A stretch of DNA of 64,000 bases from Candidatus Liptonbacteria bacterium (GTDB lineage: Bacteria > Patescibacteriota > Minisyncoccia > UBA6257 > 2-01-FULL-56-20). The position numbers and the translations under genes were made by a program. This document shows, piece by piece, positions 58,563 to 64,000 of the stretch (its first letter is position 1; each line of letters begins with the position of its first letter). The DNA is taken from contig JACQKT010000018.1 in the NCBI GenBank assembly GCA_016204355.1, positions 4,987 through 68,986 on the forward strand. The letters are read 5' to 3'. The notes beneath the pieces are model-generated. The model saw only the letters and a program-made list of their open reading frames with translations, did no database searches and was not told the DNA's origin.

Positions 58563-59075
58563 TCACTTTCGCAAAATTATCCTCGGTATGTCTTCAATAT
58601 TGACAAATCTGTCGGCCGCTTCCTGTATTTTCCCCGAAGCGCTGCGACGAAAAGCGGCCACTTCCACCAGCCGGCCCACTCCCCATTTCAGATAATCTAC
58701 GAGGGGGCAAAAATCTCCGTCTCCGGTAACAAGTATCACCGAGTCGAGAAACGGCGCCATTCTTATTGCGTCAACCGCCATGCCGACATCCCAATCCGCT
58801 TTTTTCGTGCCGTCCGGATAAATTTGCAAATCTTTCGAGCGCAATTCGAGCCCTTCTTTCTCAAGCGCTTCGAAAAAAGCGGCTTCTCCTATCGCCGTTT
58901 CGCTTTTCACGACGTAAGCGACGGCTCTTATCAGCTGCCGTCCGGCAACAAGATTTTTTATGAGTTCCTTATAATTGACGCGCCCGTGATAAAGATTCTT
59001 GGCCGAATGGTAAAGATTCTGGACGTCGATGAAGATACCGACCCTTTGGTCGGCGTGGATGCTGTTTCCTTTCAT
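58563..59075 (-). CDS. NYN domain protein (LabA/DUF88, PIN-like)
   Basis: FIDVQNL, KADWDVGMAVD and LVTGDGDF. Confidence 0.9.
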   Translation of the reverse strand: MKGNSIHADQRVGIFIDVQNLYHSAKNLYHGRVNYKELIKNLVAGRQLIRAVAYVVKSETAIGEAAFFEALEKEGLELRSKDLQIYPDGTKKADWDVGMAVDAIRMAPFLDSVILVTGDGDFCPLVDYLKWGVGRLVEVAAFRRSASGKIQEAADRFVNIEDIPRIILRK

Positions 59076-59082
59076 TATTTGT

Positions 59083-59349
59083 TTATTTATTCAGTCCCAG
59101 CTTCTTGACGAGCTTCTGGTGCACCGACGGGTGCCTCTCTTTAAGATAGTTCAAAAACTTGCGGCGCTGGCTGACCATTTTCAAAAGCCCTCTTCTCGAG
59201 TGCTGGTCTTTGGGGTTCTTTTTGAGATGACCGGAAAGCTCGTCTATTCTCCGCGAAAGCACGGCCACCTGAACCTCGGCCGAGCCGGTGTCTTTTTCAT
59301 GTTTCTGCGTATCTTTTATTATTTTTGATTTTACCCGTTTGGTTAACAT
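59083..59349 (-). CDS. rpsO: 30S ribosomal protein S15
   Basis: DTGSAEVQVA and KDQHSRRGLLKMV..RRK.LNYL. Confidence 0.96.
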   Translation of the reverse strand: MLTKRVKSKIIKDTQKHEKDTGSAEVQVAVLSRRIDELSGHLKKNPKDQHSRRGLLKMVSQRRKFLNYLKERHPSVHQKLVKKLGLNK

Positions 59350-59443
59350 TGCCCAATTATAAAAGGTATTGACGAATAATGCAAATTTTTCCGTTTTTTC
59401 CGTTTGAAATTAAGCCGTTTTTGCGGTAAAATTAGGCACACAT

Positions 59444-59576
59444 GCCAGGTAGTGAAAATTCGATTACTCCCAGGCATGCCGCCGTGATGCATCGCAGCGG
59501 CAGGAACTACTGTTAGCTAAATTATTGCGAAAATTTGTCGTTTAATATTAACTAAATCGAATTTCTACTACCTGGT
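59444..59576. mobile_element. MITE-like element with ~25-bp terminal inverted repeats
   Basis: CATGCCAGGTAGTGAAAATTCGATT (59441-59465) pairs with AATCGAATTTCTACTACCTGGTATG (59555-59579). Confidence 0.65.
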
Positions 59577-60137
59577 ATGGTAATAAACTATTTCGGAGAC
59601 GGATGCTTCCGGCTGCAAAGCGGCGATATTTCCCTCCTGGTGGACCCTAATAACAATCGCCTCAAGGCAGACATTGTTCTAAAAACGATAATGGCCCCGA
59701 ATGCGGAGATGGCCGAAACGAACGAAATCTCGTTTCCCGGAGAATACGAATTCAAGGATATACATATACAAGGATGGCCGGTCGACAAGGAATCGACGGA
59801 AAAGTTTTTGAAAACGGTCTATCTGGTCAAATGGGAGAATCTCGGTTTTGTTTTTCTTGGACATCTTTCAAACGGCCTTGAGCCGGAAATTGCCGAAGAA
59901 TTCAGCGAACAGGATGTCATTTTTGTCCCTGTCGGAGACCATTTTCTCTCCGAAGAAAACGCCGCGAAGCTCGCGAAAAAGCTTGAGCCCGCCGTCATCA
60001 TACCGGGATTCCTGAAAAAACACGACTCGTTCGCAAAGGCGCTCGGGCAAAAACCGGAAATACAGGAAAAGTTCGTTTTCAAGAAAAAAGACCTGGAAAA
60101 CCTGAAGAATAAACCTATCATTTTGAAAAGTGCGTGA
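59577..60137 (+). CDS. MBL-fold protein (degenerate)
   Basis: INYFG..CFRL, LLVDP, FPGEYE, DVIFVPVG and LEP.VIIP; lacks HxHxDH. Confidence 0.75.
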   Translation: MVINYFGDGCFRLQSGDISLLVDPNNNRLKADIVLKTIMAPNAEMAETNEISFPGEYEFKDIHIQGWPVDKESTEKFLKTVYLVKWENLGFVFLGHLSNGLEPEIAEEFSEQDVIFVPVGDHFLSEENAAKLAKKLEPAVIIPGFLKKHDSFAKALGQKPEIQEKFVFKKKDLENLKNKPIILKSA

Positions 60138-60168
60138 CATAATGCAAATCTACGAATGTATGCTAATG

Positions 60169-60604
60169 ATGCAAATATTACGAATACAATGGAAATAAAA
60201 ATTTGCGGTATTCGCATAAATTAGCGTATTAGCATTACCTTGTGGGCATTAGCGAACATGTACGATTTCATAAAAAAATTGCGCGAGGGCGACGACGCCA
60301 CTAAAAGGAAATGGCTCGTTCTTTTTTCGAGCATAGCCATGATACTGGTCGTCTTTGTCTGGATAAAATATTTCAATACCCTGGTGACGTCGGTTGGCGT
60401 TCCTCAGCAGCAGGAAAATGTTTCCGAAAAATTTACTTTTTTGCAAACGCTTGAATCCGGATTGGCTACGATCGGCAACGGAATCGCAGGACTTGCCGGT
60501 TCTCTATTCGAGACGATAAGCCAGCCGAAAAGTTATCTGATACAGCCATGAAATATAATGCAAATATTACGAATACAATGGAAATAAAAATTTGCGGTAT
60601 TCGC
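60169..60604. repeat. 47-bp perfect direct repeat (60169-60215 and 60558-60604)
   Basis: ATGCAAATATTACGAATACAATGGAAATAAAAATTTGCGGTATTCGC occurs twice. Confidence 0.9.
60258..60551 (+). CDS. small membrane protein
   Basis: ATG at 60258; KRKWL followed by a TM. Confidence 0.65.
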   Translation: MYDFIKKLREGDDATKRKWLVLFSSIAMILVVFVWIKYFNTLVTSVGVPQQQENVSEKFTFLQTLESGLATIGNGIAGLAGSLFETISQPKSYLIQP

Positions 60605-60671
60605 GGCATTCCTGCCTACCGGCAGGCAGGCGTATAAAAATTCGCGTCGTTAGCATTATGTTTTACACACC

Positions 60672-63113
60672 ATGAGCAACATAGAAAAAAGGGAAATAAC
60701 AAAAGAGCTTCAGGAATCGTATCTCAATTACGCGATGTCCGTCATAGTCAGCCGCGCCCTTCCCGACGTACGCGACGGAATGAAACCGGTTCAGCGGCGC
60801 ATTTTGTGGGCAATGTGGGATAGCGGACTGACCCATCTCGCCAAGACCAGGAAATCGGCGAACGTGGTTGGCGAAACAATGGCTCGCTATCACCCTCACG
60901 GCGATACTTCAATCTATGACGCGCTGGCGCGAATGGTGCAGGACTGGTCACTGCGCTATCCGCTTGTCACAGGTCAGGGAAACTTCGGTTCGATAGATGG
61001 CGACTCGCCTGCGGCCATGCGTTACACGGAAGCCAAGCTTTCCAAAATAAGTGAGGAACTGCTCGTCGACATAGAAAAGGAAACTGTCGACTGGCAGGAT
61101 AACTACGACGGTACGCGCCAGGAGCCGAAAGTCCTTCCCGCGAAACTCCCGAACCTTCTTCTTAACGGAACGGTTGGGATTGCCGTGGGAATGGCGACGA
61201 ACATTCCTCCGCACAATCTCAACGAAGTCGCCGACGCCATTCTTCATTTTGCGGAAAATCCCGATGCCGACACCGACGACCTCCTTAAATTCGTAAAAGG
61301 CCCCGATTTCCCAACAGGAGGCGTTATCTTCGACAAAAAAGCCATTCGCGAAGCCTATTCTTCCGGAAAAGGCCCCATTCTGGCGCGCGCGAAAGCCGAC
61401 ATACAGGAAAGAAAAAGCAGGCAATTCGATATCATAATCACCGAAATTCCGTACCAGGTGAACAAATCGGAACTGATAAAACACATGGCGGAGCTGGTGC
61501 AGAACAAAAAGATAGAAGGGATAAGGGACATCCGCGACGAATCGGACCGTGAAGGATTGCGCATCGTCGTCGAGCTTAAATCGGACGCGAACCCGCAGAA
61601 AATTCTGAACCAGCTTTATCAATACACCGACCTTCAGAAATATTTTCATATGAATATGATTGCACTCGTCGACGGAATACAGCCTCAGCTTTTGACGCTG
61701 AAGGATGTGATTGCCGAACATCTCGAATACAGAAAAAAAATCGTACGGTGCCGGACCGAATTCGACCTCAAAAAAGCCAAGGAGCGTGCGCATATTCTTG
61801 AAGGACTGCACAAGGCTCTCGGAGTGATAGACAAAATAATCGCGGCGATAAAAAAATCTAAAGACAGGAATGACGCGCATCAGAATCTCGTAAAGCAATT
61901 CAAATTGAGCGACATCCAGGCGAACGCGATACTCGAAATGCGTCTCCAAACCCTGGCCGCGCTCGAAAGAAAAAAAATAGAAGACGAATTGAAAGAGAAG
62001 CTCGCGCTGATAAAAGATCTGGAGACGATACTCAAAAGCCCGGCGAAAATACTGGGCATAATAAAAACGGAAGTAAAAGAGTTGAAGGGAAAATACGGCG
62101 ACGACAGAAAAACTTCCGTTGTAGACGGCGGCGTGAAAACTTTCAGCGAAGAAGACCTGGTTCCAGAAGAAGAAGCGGTTATAACACTGTCGTCGGGAGG
62201 ATACATAAAACGCCTTCCCCCCGATTCGTTCAAGGCGCAGAAGCGCGGCGGGAAAGGGTTGATAGGGTCGGAAGTGAGCGAAGAAGATTTCATAACGCAA
62301 TTTTTCGCAGCAGGAACCCACGACAACATACTTTTCTTCACCGACCGCGGCAGGGTTTTCCAGACGAAGGTTTACGAAATTCCGGCAGCGAGCAGGGTTT
62401 CCAAGGGCAGGGCGATACATAACTTTCTCGAACTGCCGTCGGATGAAAACGTCAGCGCAGTTGTGAACTACAGCGAAAAGAAAGAGCCCTCCGAAGGCAA
62501 GTATCTGATAATGGTCACCAAAAGCGGCGTCATCAAAAAAACGCCGCTTGAGGATTTCAAAAATATACGCCGGACCGGCATCATCGCGATTAAACTCTCC
62601 GCCCAGGGCGGAAAAAAAGGAGACAGCCTCAAATGGGCGCGTCTATCAAGCGGCTCCGACCAGATAATCCTGGGAACCAAAAACGGCCAGGCGATAAGAT
62701 TCAAGGAAACGCAGGCTAGGCCGATGTCGAGAACGGCGAGCGGAATCAGGGCGATAAAACTGAAGAAGAACGACGAAGTCGCCGGGTTTGATATAATAAA
62801 AAGCGAAACGAAAGAAGCGAAAGTTCTCGCGGTGATGGCGAACGGCTTCGGGAAACAAACCCCTCTGAAGGAGTATAAAATCCAGAACAGGGGCGGCTCC
62901 GGGATAAAGATAGCGAATATCACCCCGAAAACCGGCTCGTTGATCGCGACCCAGCTTATCACCGAACAAACCGAAATTCTCGCACTTTCGGAAAAAGGAC
63001 AGGTTATAAGAACGGGTTTGTCTGGAGTAAGGACCACGGGGCGTTCCGCGCAGGGAGTCCGTATAATGAATCTCAAGCAGGGAGACAAGCTTGCCGGAAT
63101 AGTTTTAATATAA
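60672..63113 (+). CDS. gyrA: DNA gyrase subunit A
   Basis: RALPDVRDG, YHPHGD, AAMRYTE, GyrA box QKRGGKG and beta-pinwheel repeats. Confidence 0.97.
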   Translation: MSNIEKREITKELQESYLNYAMSVIVSRALPDVRDGMKPVQRRILWAMWDSGLTHLAKTRKSANVVGETMARYHPHGDTSIYDALARMVQDWSLRYPLVTGQGNFGSIDGDSPAAMRYTEAKLSKISEELLVDIEKETVDWQDNYDGTRQEPKVLPAKLPNLLLNGTVGIAVGMATNIPPHNLNEVADAILHFAENPDADTDDLLKFVKGPDFPTGGVIFDKKAIREAYSSGKGPILARAKADIQERKSRQFDIIITEIPYQVNKSELIKHMAELVQNKKIEGIRDIRDESDREGLRIVVELKSDANPQKILNQLYQYTDLQKYFHMNMIALVDGIQPQLLTLKDVIAEHLEYRKKIVRCRTEFDLKKAKERAHILEGLHKALGVIDKIIAAIKKSKDRNDAHQNLVKQFKLSDIQANAILEMRLQTLAALERKKIEDELKEKLALIKDLETILKSPAKILGIIKTEVKELKGKYGDDRKTSVVDGGVKTFSEEDLVPEEEAVITLSSGGYIKRLPPDSFKAQKRGGKGLIGSEVSEEDFITQFFAAGTHDNILFFTDRGRVFQTKVYEIPAASRVSKGRAIHNFLELPSDENVSAVVNYSEKKEPSEGKYLIMVTKSGVIKKTPLEDFKNIRRTGIIAIKLSAQGGKKGDSLKWARLSSGSDQIILGTKNGQAIRFKETQARPMSRTASGIRAIKLKKNDEVAGFDIIKSETKEAKVLAVMANGFGKQTPLKEYKIQNRGGSGIKIANITPKTGSLIATQLITEQTEILALSEKGQVIRTGLSGVRTTGRSAQGVRIMNLKQGDKLAGIVLI

Positions 63114-63210
63114 TGCGAATGATGCCAATTTTATCGCGAATGACACGAAAATATTTTAGACTGTTTTTCGCATAATTCGCGTCTTATTTCGCATCATTCG
63201 CATTATATTA

Positions 63211-64000
63211 ATGAACCTATCTTCAAAGCAGACAGTTATCATAGGAACGACAATAGCCGTTCTTTTGCTTATCGCAGTATTGGTTCTCTTCAATCTTCGC
63301 CCCAGCGAAACTGCGGGAGTGCAGCTCGTGATGTGGGGCTTTGAAAAAGAAACTGTCATAAAGCCCATCATAAGCGCGTACAGACAATCGCATCCGAACG
63401 TAAACGTAACTTATAAGGAGGTAAGTAAAAATAATTATGAAACTACGCTCCTGAACGCGCTTGCGTCGGGACAGGGGCCGGATATTTTTCCGGTTCATAA
63501 CAGAAGTCTGATAAAAAACGCCAACGTTCTTTATCCTGCGCCGCCTTCGCAGTTCAACACGAGCCAGCTTGAAAATCTTTTCCCCGCCGAAGTCGCGCAG
63601 GATTTCGTTTTGACATCCGGCGGCAATACCCAAACCCGTCAGGTGTACGCGTTGCCTACTTATTTCGATACTCTTTCTTTGATTTACAACAAAGAATTGT
63701 TTGACCAGGCGGGAATCGCGAATCCCCCGTCGACATGGGAACAGTTTCAGTCCGATATTCCCAAATTGCGGATAATTTCCGTAAGTGGACAAATAACGAG
63801 AGCGGGCGCCGCTCTGGGAGGTTCGCAAAAAACGGTGACAAACGCGGTTGATATTTTGAACGCGATAATGCTTCAAAACGGGGTCGCAATGACGACCGGA
63901 AATTACGCGTCGTTCGCTTCCGAAAAGGGAATCGGCGCTTTTAACTTTTACCTTCGTTTCGCGGATTCCGGTTCCACCTATTACACATGGAACGAAACCC
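63211..64000 (+). CDS. extracellular solute-binding protein (partial, runs off the window)
   Basis: Frame open from ATG 63211: TM, LVMWG, LLNALASGQGPDIF, YALP.YFDTL.LIYNK, PPSTWEQF. Confidence 0.85.
   Translation, partial: MNLSSKQTVIIGTTIAVLLLIAVLVLFNLRPSETAGVQLVMWGFEKETVIKPIISAYRQSHPNVNVTYKEVSKNNYETTLLNALASGQGPDIFPVHNRSLIKNANVLYPAPPSQFNTSQLENLFPAEVAQDFVLTSGGNTQTRQVYALPTYFDTLSLIYNKELFDQAGIANPPSTWEQFQSDIPKLRIISVSGQITRAGAALGGSQKTVTNAVDILNAIMLQNGVAMTTGNYASFASEKGIGAFNFYLRFADSGSTYYTWNET

Noticed and set aside
59441-59579. SRP RNA or 6S RNA
   Set aside because: No SRP helix-8 motif recognised; the terminal duplication and overlap with a start codon fit an inserted element better.
60138-60660. CRISPR array suggested by repeated AT-rich units
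   Set aside because: Only two long identical repeats separated by a gene; no regular spacers and no cas genes.

Overview
Chromosomal segment of a small-genome bacterium, most likely Patescibacteria/CPR (Parcubacteria-like). This is inferred from a type IV pilus operon without a secretin, DUF4012 and YkuK-like proteins, tRNA-Arg(GCG) and A-rich leaders without Shine-Dalgarno sites. Housekeeping content: CCA-adding enzyme, a mitochondrial-type single-chain PheRS, pcm, lepA, murD, gatCA, ligA, pilMNO/pilB/pilT/pilC/pilD with pilins, comF, an ECF sigma, HU, an O-antigen-ligase/TPR protein, a 1131-aa S-layer-like protein, galU-like, clpB, iscS, PMM, guaA, ftsK, recA, pnp, rpsO, gyrA and seven tRNA-like genes. 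The most striking unexplained signal is a dense set of small palindromic and inverted-repeat elements. One 291-bp element carries only a GIY-YIG nuclease between perfect terminal inverted repeats with a TTA duplication, and an empty 35-bp relative with the same TTA flanks lies upstream of HU. Other families sit exactly at start/stop codons, beside tRNAs together with duplicated tRNA fragments, and in frame inside murD, recA, gyrA, ligA and iscS. No transposase, integrase, rRNA or CRISPR array was recognised. All calls come from reading motifs by eye; no database searches were run.
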